From positions 93,066-117,065 of the forward strand of contig BIFV01000008.1 in assembly GCA_003990955.1 (NCBI GenBank): a stretch of DNA of 24,000 nucleotides. The letters are read 5' to 3'. This DNA comes from Sporomusaceae bacterium FL31. Lineage in GTDB: Bacteria > Bacillota > Negativicutes > DSM-1736 > Dendrosporobacteraceae. Shown here piece by piece: positions 1-8,926 of this stretch (position 1 is the stretch's first letter; each line of letters starts with the position of its first letter). Under the pieces are notes generated by a model. The model had not been told where the DNA came from, did not search any database, and was given only the letters and a program-made list of their open reading frames with translations. A program made the position numbers and the translations under genes.

Positions 1-2977
1 GGTTGGTCAGAACCCCAGTAGTAAGAACTGTATTCTGAGCACTGATTTCTGCTGAAGCAGCATTATCAATGCTGCCAGCATTGATGTTAAGACTGTTTCC
101 AGCCAATATAGCAGCTTGATTGGTGACTTTGCCTCCAATTTCCAGATTTAGGTTACCACTAGCCTGAAGCTCACCGGAATTTGTATAGTCTTGTACAAGT
201 CTTACATCCAGATCACCCTGGCTTAGCACTTTACCGTCACCGGATAGAGCAGCGCTAGTAATGCCGAGCTTCTGTCCAGCAATCATTGTGCCTGAGGTAT
301 TCGTCACTAACAGGGTCTTGCTGGCCTGATTGTCTTCCATAATAAGATTCTTTCCTGAAGAAATCAGACCTTGATTGTTTTGAACTTGTCCATTGCTAGT
401 TAAAGTCAAAACATTGTCGGCACGTACAGCACCTTGGCGGTTATCAATCAGTGAGGCAGTCAGACTGACTGATTGGCCCTCAAGACCTTGATTATTGCTC
501 TGGGTGCTATTATTTTTGATTGCATTAGCACCGATAGTTAGATTCTGGCTAGAACGAATGAGACTATCCTGATTATTAAGGGTATTCGTAAGGTTAAGAC
601 CGATATCTCCTAAAGCTTGAATTTGTGCGCCCTGGTTGTTTAGTGTAGCAGCAGTAATATCGATTCCAGCACTGCTAGTCATTAAACCACCCTGGTTATT
701 ATCAATAGTGGAACTTACTGCAGAAAGCGTATCACCACTATAAAGATAACCTGCACGGTTAACTAAATTTCCTGTTTCAAGATTGATCTCACCCTGAGCT
801 ACGATACCACCCTGACTCCCAGAATTGGTATTATAAAGAGTTTGTCCGTGAGTATTAACAGAAAGATCCTCGGATGCCTGAATCAATCCGGCATCATTAT
901 TAAGAGAACCGCTGTTAATATGAACTGAACCACCACTTGCGATCAACTGCCCCCGGGTGTTATCCATCATTTCCGCGTTACTATCTGCGGAAATCCTGCT
1001 TCCAATAATCACTCCGTCACTATTGTTCATTCCCTTAGAGGAAATATCAACAGATTGTGCTGCTTCAATACGGCCTGATGTATTATTTAGTAAGCCAGCC
1101 GCAGTAATGCCAGCTTGCCCGTAAATAGATCCAATAGTGCCGTTTTGATTGTCAATTTGGTTACCAGTGATATTCACTCGCTGGTTAGCAGCCATAAGCC
1201 CCTGGGTATTATTAATGCCTTGATTGCTGCTGACAACTAATTCTTTCCCAGCCGTAATATTCCCTTGATTATTGTTCAAGCTGTTTGCAGTAATAAAGGT
1301 ATTACCGCTGGCGCCAAGAACTCCGGCTTCCCCATTAAGTTCACTATTATCAATATCACCGCTGGCGGTAATTCTTAAGTCGGCATCTGTAGAGCCAAAA
1401 GCCTGAATAGTTCCTTGGCGGTTGATAAGCTTTGCAACATCCAAGGTTGTAGCGCCTTTACTGGCAATCGTTCCACCGGTATTATTGAATATACCGCTTG
1501 TAGTCAATGTGGTGTCATTTGTACCAGTTTGCTGAATAATTCCGTCTTTATTGCTGATATCATTTGCTGTAATTGTTATCTGGCTGCCAGTAATCTCCCC
1601 GGCGATATTATTGCTATCTTTGTCATTTTTCAGTGTTCCATTTGCTAAAATAGCCACTTTGCCTTCGGCCTGGAGGAGTGCTCCCGTATTATCAACATTT
1701 CCGGCTGTTGTCTGAAGGTTAATATCAGCACCAGCATAGGTCTGGCCAGCTACCAAGTTAATCTCTGATCCCTTGATAGTTAACGTTCCTGCAGTCAGGT
1801 TTTTACCCTGGGCAGTAACTGTTCCATTTGCGGTCAACGTCAAGTCGCCACCGCTTCCTAGAACACCATTAGCTTGAACACCTGCCCCTAAAGTCCCTGT
1901 CGAGGTGATTGCCTGTCCATTTAGCGCAGTATGTTCTGCCGCTGCCAGGATACCACTATTTGTAATCGCTCCCTGAGTAACAATACTAGTATTACCCTGA
2001 GCATAAAGTGTATCTTGATTGGTAAAATCGTCACCTGCTGTTATATGAATATTTCCAGCTGCCGATGTATTGCCTGCCAGACTGATCTTTCCCTCTTGAC
2101 TTAAGATCAGATCACCGTTACTGGCAGCCAATGTCCCTTGGCTGTTTACGCCAAGTCCTCTTTCAGTACCAACCAGTTTAATCTTATTGGCATACATCCC
2201 GCCTAATGCTCCAACATCTAATGCGACTGCCGGCTGTAGGTCAGTACCAGTGATGCTATTCGTTGCTAGAGTGTTATAATCGGCCTGATTAGCCCCGGTA
2301 ACCACATTGAGCTCTTTAGCCCAAATGCCGGCATTGACAGCCACTGCCCGGCTGATGAGATCAACCCGGTCAGTGGCACTTGCATTGAGTCCGACTCCTT
2401 CGATGGCAATCTGGCCTTGAGTAACCCGAAAAGCTTCTAAGCTGCCACTGCCACCAAAGACTGGGATCCCTGTGGTTAAGGTCGCTCGTCCAGCATTGAT
2501 AAAGCCAAAACCATTGCCGGTAATGCCATTGGGATTGGCGATAATGAGGTCAGCTCTTTGTCCGGCAATTTCGGTATAACCGTTGAGATAACTGCGCCCT
2601 GGACCGGTGACTTCGTTGAGGATAATTCGAGCACTGCCTCCAGCGAGATTGGTATTGCCGGCGATATAACCGGCTAACTGGGTTTGACTGAAGGATGAAG
2701 CGTTATTTAAAATAAGGCCTTGGGTGTCGACATTAAATTGCAGGTATTGGTTTCGTGAAACACCAGCTGCTGATGGTGCTGTAATTTGGACAACTTGAAC
2801 TCCATTTTGTGCGTTCTCAATAGCTGGCCGTTGATTGGCGGGCGCACTTCCATCGGCAATGACTTGAGCGGCTGCCAAACTAGGCTGAGTCAGATAAACA
2901 GCTACGGTCAGCCAACTGATGAGTTTTTTCCATTTGGGGGTTAATGACGGGATTACGGTGGTGCTGTGATAATTCAT
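1..2977 (-). CDS. TpsA-family filamentous haemagglutinin-like exoprotein, N-terminal part (3' end beyond window)
   Basis: Open minus-strand frame from ATG at 2977 with AAGGAGG upstream. My translation starts MNYHSTTVIPSLTPKWKKLISWLTVAVYLTQPSLAAAQVIADG... (signal peptide), followed by a TPS domain with ...GGSARIILNEVTGPGRSYLNGYTEIAGQRADLIIANPNGITGNGFGFINAGRATLTTG..., including the NPNGI motif. The rest is made of degenerate ~20-aa NNxGGxIxAxxxxxIxAxxLNN repeats. The frame runs off the left edge, so it is absent from the ORF track. Confidence 0.93.
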   Translation of the reverse strand, partial: MNYHSTTVIPSLTPKWKKLISWLTVAVYLTQPSLAAAQVIADGSAPANQRPAIENAQNGVQVVQITAPSAAGVSRNQYLQFNVDTQGLILNNASSFSQTQLAGYIAGNTNLAGGSARIILNEVTGPGRSYLNGYTEIAGQRADLIIANPNGITGNGFGFINAGRATLTTGIPVFGGSGSLEAFRVTQGQIAIEGVGLNASATDRVDLISRAVAVNAGIWAKELNVVTGANQADYNTLATNSITGTDLQPAVALDVGALGGMYANKIKLVGTERGLGVNSQGTLAASNGDLILSQEGKISLAGNTSAAGNIHITAGDDFTNQDTLYAQGNTSIVTQGAITNSGILAAAEHTALNGQAITSTGTLGAGVQANGVLGSGGDLTLTANGTVTAQGKNLTAGTLTIKGSEINLVAGQTYAGADINLQTTAGNVDNTGALLQAEGKVAILANGTLKNDKDSNNIAGEITGSQITITANDISNKDGIIQQTGTNDTTLTTSGIFNNTGGTIASKGATTLDVAKLINRQGTIQAFGSTDADLRITASGDIDNSELNGEAGVLGASGNTFITANSLNNNQGNITAGKELVVSSNQGINNTQGLMAANQRVNITGNQIDNQNGTIGSIYGQAGITAAGLLNNTSGRIEAAQSVDISSKGMNNSDGVIIGSRISADSNAEMMDNTRGQLIASGGSVHINSGSLNNDAGLIQASEDLSVNTHGQTLYNTNSGSQGGIVAQGEINLETGNLVNRAGYLYSGDTLSAVSSTIDNNQGGLMTSSAGIDITAATLNNQGAQIQALGDIGLNLTNTLNNQDSLIRSSQNLTIGANAIKNNSTQSNNQGLEGQSVSLTASLIDNRQGAVRADNVLTLTSNGQVQNNQGLISSGKNLIMEDNQASKTLLVTNTSGTMIAGQKLGITSAALSGDGKVLSQGDLDVRLVQDYTNSGELQASGNLNLEIGGKVTNQAAILAGNSLNINAGSIDNAASAEISAQNTVLTTGVLTN

Positions 2978-3050
2978 ACCTTCCTCCTTGATGGTGAATG
3001 TTACACAGTTGTTCTGTGATGATGCTATGGTCGGCTTGATCTTTCAGTGC

Positions 3051-4724
3051 CTAGATTTGATAGACCCATTGAAAGCCGTAAGTGGGGTTGGCTGTGGTAA
3101 AGCCTTCTGGCTTTTTGAGTGACCAGCCAATGAAGACGTCATATTGACTGCTTTTACCGATGAGGCCTCTCAGTCCCAGGACAGTACCGGCTAGGTCTTT
3201 ACCGCTAAGTCCTGCAGCGGATGGGCCGCTGATTTGTCCATAGTCTAGTCCCCAGTAAAGCTGAGGTCCGTTTTGTTTGAGGGGTACACTGATTTCGTTT
3301 TGCAGGTACCAGCCGCGTTCAGCGGCTAAAGTCTGTTCTCCGTCAAAACCGCGAACGGTATAGCGGTTACCGATACTGAAACCGTCCGCGGTATAGAGTT
3401 GGTCATCGGTAAACTGGCCGCTTAGACTTGTCCGGTATTGAGCTGAGTGGTTACCTAGCTTGATCGGTTTATTGAGAGATAAATCAATTGTCCAGATGTG
3501 GTAACGGGTTGTCGGTCCGTTATCAAGGTCTTGCTGGGCTCCAAACCAGGATACTCCTTGTTTGTGCGCTAAACGGGCATCGACTGTGGCTTGTCCCAGG
3601 TATTGCCGTTTGGCTAAGGCAATGGTTAAAGCGGTAGTGTCTTTGCGCTGCACTTCAATTTCAGTATCTTCAATGAAGTTTTTGCTTTGACGCATGGCTA
3701 GTCCAATTTCGAGATGGGTTTTGCTCGTTTGGTCACGGGTCAAGAGTTTTTCAACGGTTAGGCGTAAGTCGCTGTTGGTTCCTGAATAGGTAATGGGTTG
3801 AACGCCTAAGAGAACTGTTTGATGGTAATCATAGTTGCTATGACTGAAGGTATAAGTCCAGTTTCCGTCTGGCCTGGAATAATAAACACTGTTGCCTTTG
3901 GTACCGTATTGATCACTGTCGTTTTCGGCATCATGGTTGACGGAAAAGTTAAATAGGTCGTTGGCTTTAAAGAGGTTGTCGTAAGAAAAGGTTTGTGATA
4001 GCTGCAGTTTGCCAGTGGCTTCACTGCCGGAGTCATCAGCAGATAGGACGACTTTCCAGGGTTTGGTTTGCTTGATGGTAATGACAATATCGGTCTGACC
4101 AGGAGCTTCGGCAGGAACGAGCTGCATGTCGGCATCCTGGGAAGGGACGCGTTTGAGCTGTTCGAGTCCTTGCTCTAGATGACGCAGATTGAGGATATTT
4201 CCGGGTCTTGTCGGAAAAGCAGTTTCCCAGCTGCCTTTATAGGAAGTGTCTTGAAAGCGGATATCATGGATGATGCCTGGAATGAGGACGAGCTTTAGGG
4301 TTCCTGATGAGAGGTCCTGTTCCGGGATGACGATCCGGGTAGTCACATAACCCTTTTCAATGAGGGCGTTAGTCGCATGTTTGACGATGAGGTTGATGCC
4401 TTGTATGCCGATGTTTTTTCCTTGATAAGGGGTGAGAATTTTATCGAGCCAAGCAAAGTTGGCTTTGTGTTCACCGGTCAGTTCGATGGTATGAATGGGA
4501 AAGCTGAGGCTTTCTTCTGGTAAGTCAATATCTTGAGTACCTGTGGCTGGTGGTTGCAGAAAAACGTCACTGCGCTGCTGACGTTCTTTTTTGTCGATTG
4601 CTTCCTGCCGAGCACGCTGGTTCTGTTCTTCGCGCTCGGCAGGGGTTGGGGCTGCCCAGACGGTTTGTACGCCAATTTGCATAACAAGAATAGCGGCCAG
4701 GCTACAGTGAATAATTTTTTTCAT
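3051..4724 (-). CDS. TpsB / FhaC / ShlB-type two-partner secretion outer-membrane transporter
   Basis: ORF 3051..4787. The likely start is the internal Met at 4724 (MKKIIHCSLAAILVMQIGVQTVWA signal peptide). POTRA-like N-terminus (LPEESLSFPIHTIELTGEH...GIQGINLIVKHATNALIEKGYVTTRIVIPEQDLSSGTLKLVLIPGII) and C-terminal barrel with YTVRGFDGEQTLAAERGWYLQNE, the VRGF motif of TpsB/Omp85 proteins. It lies 73 bp upstream of the tpsA start. Confidence 0.93.
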   Translation of the reverse strand: MKKIIHCSLAAILVMQIGVQTVWAAPTPAEREEQNQRARQEAIDKKERQQRSDVFLQPPATGTQDIDLPEESLSFPIHTIELTGEHKANFAWLDKILTPYQGKNIGIQGINLIVKHATNALIEKGYVTTRIVIPEQDLSSGTLKLVLIPGIIHDIRFQDTSYKGSWETAFPTRPGNILNLRHLEQGLEQLKRVPSQDADMQLVPAEAPGQTDIVITIKQTKPWKVVLSADDSGSEATGKLQLSQTFSYDNLFKANDLFNFSVNHDAENDSDQYGTKGNSVYYSRPDGNWTYTFSHSNYDYHQTVLLGVQPITYSGTNSDLRLTVEKLLTRDQTSKTHLEIGLAMRQSKNFIEDTEIEVQRKDTTALTIALAKRQYLGQATVDARLAHKQGVSWFGAQQDLDNGPTTRYHIWTIDLSLNKPIKLGNHSAQYRTSLSGQFTDDQLYTADGFSIGNRYTVRGFDGEQTLAAERGWYLQNEISVPLKQNGPQLYWGLDYGQISGPSAAGLSGKDLAGTVLGLRGLIGKSSQYDVFIGWSLKKPEGFTTANPTYGFQWVYQI

Positions 4725-5348
4725 TTTGCTTAATCTTAGACTGCGTTGCACTTGATCACTCCTTAAAATAATAAAACCTTTAAACATTACTTAGTAGGAT
4801 TTCATAAGCGAGCATTCTTTTCTGGATAGAAGTTCCTTATTTAACGTAAGAAAATAATATCTAATCAATTGTAAATAAAATGTCAAAAACTGTCGCCAAT
4901 ATAACAAATAATTCAAAACATGATATTATTTTCCATTTTTAGAAAATTCAATTTGATTAAATGGAATCCTTGGGTCTTTGGTCCTATTTAGTTTTGATAT
5001 TGGTATACACAAGACCTGAACAATCCTCTTCATTACTTTTACCAAGTATATTTAATCAGCTAAGAATCAGCGTACACTAAGATAGATATTTTGATTTTAT
5101 AAAAATTAATGACACAAAAGAAACTACTTAGCATGCTAAGTAGTTTCTTTGCGAAAACATGATTTTGCATAAAAATAAATCACACGAACCAGCAAAATCA
5201 GCTTTTATTATATTCAGGATTAGTCGTGAATTGTTGATAGGCAAACTTGAAAAACCCTAATCTTACTACGCAGATGCAACCAATATTTTTATATAAGCTA
5301 TAAATAGGTACATTTCGCAATAGCCCTCGAAATCAAGTCGTTTTAAAC

Positions 5349-5789
5349 TTATTTAGCAACCAAAACAGCACATTTAGCATTTCTGACTACATAGCTGCTG
5401 ACACTGCCAAGAAGCAGTCCTGAAATAGTTCCTAATCCGCGGCTGCCAATGACAATGATGTCATAACCGTTCTGTTCGGCAAATTCGGTAATCGCAATAC
5501 GCGGTTCGCCAATTTCGTTATGAGTTTGAACTCGGATGCCTTCCGGAACCTGCTTTAACGCCTCCGCAATAATTTGTTCTGCAAATTTCTTAGGATCGGT
5601 CAATGCCTTGGCTGGAATTTTGGACCCTTGTATCTGATCATAAAAAGGGTATTGCTGTGACAATACAGAGATATAAAGAATACTGATTTCAGCATCAAAG
5701 GAGCGTGCTATTGCCACTGCATGTGATAATGCATGAAATGAATTCTTGGAACCATCAATAGGCACCAGAATTTTTTTATAACCATCCAT
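5349..5789 (-). CDS. UspA-family universal stress protein
   Basis: ORF 5349..5804: KKILVPIDGSKNSFHALSHAV... and GSRGLGTISGLLLGSVSSYVVRNAKCAVLVAK (UspA nucleotide-binding signature). The start is more likely ATG at 5789, with GGAG 9 nt upstream. Confidence 0.92.
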   Translation of the reverse strand: MDGYKKILVPIDGSKNSFHALSHAVAIARSFDAEISILYISVLSQQYPFYDQIQGSKIPAKALTDPKKFAEQIIAEALKQVPEGIRVQTHNEIGEPRIAITEFAEQNGYDIIVIGSRGLGTISGLLLGSVSSYVVRNAKCAVLVAK

Positions 5790-5833
5790 AGTAAACAACT
5801 CCATTCAATATAAATTGCCAAGGTCTATGCGTA

Positions 5834-8800
5834 TCAAACAGAACGACTGGTAACTTGAGTAGAAGCCTGCGCCTCTGTATCGGGCTGTGCTTTATACCAG
5901 GCAGCATACATAACAGGTAATACCAACAGGGTTAAAACAGTAGCCCCCGATAAGCCTGCCGCAATGGCTACAGCCATGGGTCCCCAGAAAGTGCTGGAGA
6001 CTAAAGGAATCATTCCTAGAATTGCGGCGGCTGCCGTGAGTAAGATGGGGCGGCAGCGGATGATCGTAGCATTTATAATCGCATCCCATAACGATTCGCC
6101 GGCATCGAGCAACTGATCAATTTGATCCATCAATATGACGGTATTGCGCATGATAATGCCTGACAAAGCTAAAATTCCTAATTGAACAACAAAGCCCATC
6201 GGACTATTGGTGAGAAAAAGCCCGATGGCAACACCAATGATGCCAAGCGGTGCAGTCAGCAAGGTGAGAAACATTTTCGGAATGTTCTGCAATTGAATCA
6301 TGAGCAGGATCATAATCGTTATGATCATTACCGGTACAGGTTCGGTAATGAATTTGACAGCTTTGATGCTATCGGCTTTCGATCCATCGTATTCAATACT
6401 GTAGCCGAGCGGCAGATTGCCCCGCATTTCAGCAAGGTTATTATAAACTTGCTCGGCAACATCATCCCCCAATGCGCCAGGCACGATCTCTGCCTGGACG
6501 ATGATCATCGGTTTCAAGTCACGACGATAAATCAGACCATCTTCCGCCTCAAAGCGAATTTTTGCAATTTGATCAAGCGGAACATACTTACCATTGCCAA
6601 TATGAATATTGAGGTCTTTCAGACGGGAGGGATCGTTTCTGTCTTGAGAGGCAAAGCGTAGAACCATACTGACTGTTTTATCATTTTCCCTAAATTCGGC
6701 AATAGGCGCACCAGACAATTGAGTTTGCAGAGAGGTGGCCAGCGATTGCGAGGTAACGCCTAATTTCCGGGCTTTATCTTGATCAATTTCCAGATGCATG
6801 GTTTTGCTTTTTTCTTGCCAATTAAGATTTGCATTTCTTACACTAGGGTGGCCAGACATGATGGTCTGTACCTCTTCCGCAATTTCGCGGACTTTATCAA
6901 TGTCATAGCCCTTTACCCGCAACATCACCGGATAGTCTGAAGACGGCCCATTTAAGATAACCTTAGAATGTACCTGGACACTGGGAAACTCTTCGTTTAA
7001 GAGCTGATTCACCTGCGTACGCAGCTCGTCACGCGCTTTAGCGTCTTTGGCAACAATAATAAATTCTGCAAAATTGGATTTATTAAAAGTCGGTTCAAAG
7101 CTTAAGACAAAACGCGGCGCCCCTTCGCCCACATGATACGTGTAGTAGGAAACCCGGGAATTCCCCTCTAGCTTCTGGGCAACCTGGCGGGCGATATCTT
7201 CGGTATTTTTAATCGCAGCCCCTTCCTGCAGGTGTAACTGAACAATGAGTTCCGGCCTGGTGGATGCCGGGAAAAACTCTTGTTTGACTAATCCTAATAA
7301 GGCAATCGCAGCAAAGAAAGCAGCCACAGTGGCGGTGATCACTGCTTTGCGATGTGTCAGGCACCAAATGAGAACCTCTTTAAACCAGCGATAAAACTTT
7401 GTGTCATGGACATTGTGTTCATGGTTGCCGGCAACTGGTGGTTTAACCTTAATAAACAGGTAGCCCAATAAGGGTGTCGCTGTACCGGCAACAATCCAAG
7501 ATGTGATCAGAGATATGGCAACAACCGAGAAAATAGTGGAAGTAAATTCCGAGGCAGAGCCTTGGGAAAAACCTACGGGGATAAAGCCTGCGCAAGTAAC
7601 CAGTTCACCGGTTAAGCGTGGATAAGCGGTGGATGTATAGGCAAAACAAGCCGCATTAAATCGATCCCAGCCTTGTTCCATTTTAACAACCATGGTTTCA
7701 ATAGTGATAATCGCATCATCAACTAGAAGTCCTAAAGCAATAATGAGGGCACCTAACGATATTCGTTGCAATTCAATTCCCATCAGGTGCATAAAGGTAA
7801 ATACTGCAGCAATGACCAGCGGAATGCATAGAGCTACGATAATACCTGAACGCATGCCTAGGCTTGCAAAACTTACAATTAAGACAATAACAATGGCTTC
7901 TGCCAGCGACTTGATAAATTCATCAATAGAAGTCTTTACCACATTCGGCTGATTGACGGTCTGATGAAGTTCCAATCCTGCAGGCAATTCTTTTTTGATT
8001 TGATTGATCGTCTTTTCTAAGTCTTCGCCCAGAGTAAGAATATTGCCGCCTGGCTCCATGGCTAGTGAAATACCAAGCGCAGGCTGCCCATTATAAAAGA
8101 ACTTCGGGTCACTGGGCTCGGCATAGGAACGACTCACTTTGGCAATATCACCTAAGCGAAAAGTACGCCCGTTGGCCTGGAAAGGAATGCTTTGGATGTC
8201 TTCCAAATGCTCAAACATGCCGGTAATCCGTAAATAAACATTGTCAGAAGCTGTCTCAAGCATGCCGGAGGCACTCATGGAATTTTGCGCCTGAAGGGTG
8301 GAGATGATGAAGCCTGGATCAATTCCCAACTGAGCTAATTTGCTATTTTCCATTTCAATGTAAATTTTTTCTGTTTGAACACCTAAGAGTTGAACCTTTT
8401 TAACACTAGGAACACCTAGCAAAATACGTCTGATCTTTTCCGCCTTTTCGCGCATTTCTTCATAGGTAAAACCATCACCCGTGAGGGCATAAACAACGCC
8501 ATATACTTCATCAAAACGGTCATTGAACATTGGGTCTTGGACACCAGCTGGCAAAGTACTCTTCATGTCATTAACCATATTTCGAGCTTCCAGCCACCTG
8601 GACCGGATATCTTTTTGAGGAACAGTATCTTTTAAATTTACGTAAATCACAGTTACACCCGGACTGGAATAACTTTTCAAATAATCAAGTCCCGGTAAAT
8701 CCTGCAGTTTCTTTTCGATTTTGTCTGTAACCTGTTCTTCCATCTGGCGGGCAGTGGCTCCTGGCCAAACCGTTGTGACAACCATTTGCTTAATGGTAAA

Positions 8801-8926
8801 ATCAGGATCTTCCATACGGCCAAGGTTATTATAGGAGAAAATTCCGGCAATGAAAAAGAGCACTATAAAGAAATAAATGAAGTGCTTATGCTGAAGCGAC
8901 CATTCGGTTAGATTAAAATTCTTCAC
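5834..8926 (-). CDS. RND family efflux transporter permease subunit (AcrB/MexF-type)
   Basis: 1030 aa, GTG start. N-terminus ...YNNLGRMEDPDFTIKQMVVTTVWPGATARQMEEQVTDKIEKKLQDLPG; TM4 proton-relay signature LGLLVDDAIITIETMVVKME; two-fold repeated architecture. Starts with a 4-nt overlap with the adaptor stop. Confidence 0.96.
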   Translation of the reverse strand: MKNFNLTEWSLQHKHFIYFFIVLFFIAGIFSYNNLGRMEDPDFTIKQMVVTTVWPGATARQMEEQVTDKIEKKLQDLPGLDYLKSYSSPGVTVIYVNLKDTVPQKDIRSRWLEARNMVNDMKSTLPAGVQDPMFNDRFDEVYGVVYALTGDGFTYEEMREKAEKIRRILLGVPSVKKVQLLGVQTEKIYIEMENSKLAQLGIDPGFIISTLQAQNSMSASGMLETASDNVYLRITGMFEHLEDIQSIPFQANGRTFRLGDIAKVSRSYAEPSDPKFFYNGQPALGISLAMEPGGNILTLGEDLEKTINQIKKELPAGLELHQTVNQPNVVKTSIDEFIKSLAEAIVIVLIVSFASLGMRSGIIVALCIPLVIAAVFTFMHLMGIELQRISLGALIIALGLLVDDAIITIETMVVKMEQGWDRFNAACFAYTSTAYPRLTGELVTCAGFIPVGFSQGSASEFTSTIFSVVAISLITSWIVAGTATPLLGYLFIKVKPPVAGNHEHNVHDTKFYRWFKEVLIWCLTHRKAVITATVAAFFAAIALLGLVKQEFFPASTRPELIVQLHLQEGAAIKNTEDIARQVAQKLEGNSRVSYYTYHVGEGAPRFVLSFEPTFNKSNFAEFIIVAKDAKARDELRTQVNQLLNEEFPSVQVHSKVILNGPSSDYPVMLRVKGYDIDKVREIAEEVQTIMSGHPSVRNANLNWQEKSKTMHLEIDQDKARKLGVTSQSLATSLQTQLSGAPIAEFRENDKTVSMVLRFASQDRNDPSRLKDLNIHIGNGKYVPLDQIAKIRFEAEDGLIYRRDLKPMIIVQAEIVPGALGDDVAEQVYNNLAEMRGNLPLGYSIEYDGSKADSIKAVKFITEPVPVMIITIMILLMIQLQNIPKMFLTLLTAPLGIIGVAIGLFLTNSPMGFVVQLGILALSGIIMRNTVILMDQIDQLLDAGESLWDAIINATIIRCRPILLTAAAAILGMIPLVSSTFWGPMAVAIAAGLSGATVLTLLVLPVMYAAWYKAQPDTEAQASTQVTSRSV

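Noticed and set aside
1415-1648. Plus-strand 77-aa ORF (MAVDKLCNIQGCSAF...)
   Set aside because: Lies antisense inside the tpsA reading frame, has no RBS, and has Cys-rich shadow composition typical of antisense repeats.
4478-4733. ORFs 4478..4687 (-) and 4533..4733 (+)
   Set aside because: Both lie fully inside the tpsB coding sequence in other frames and have no homology-like features.
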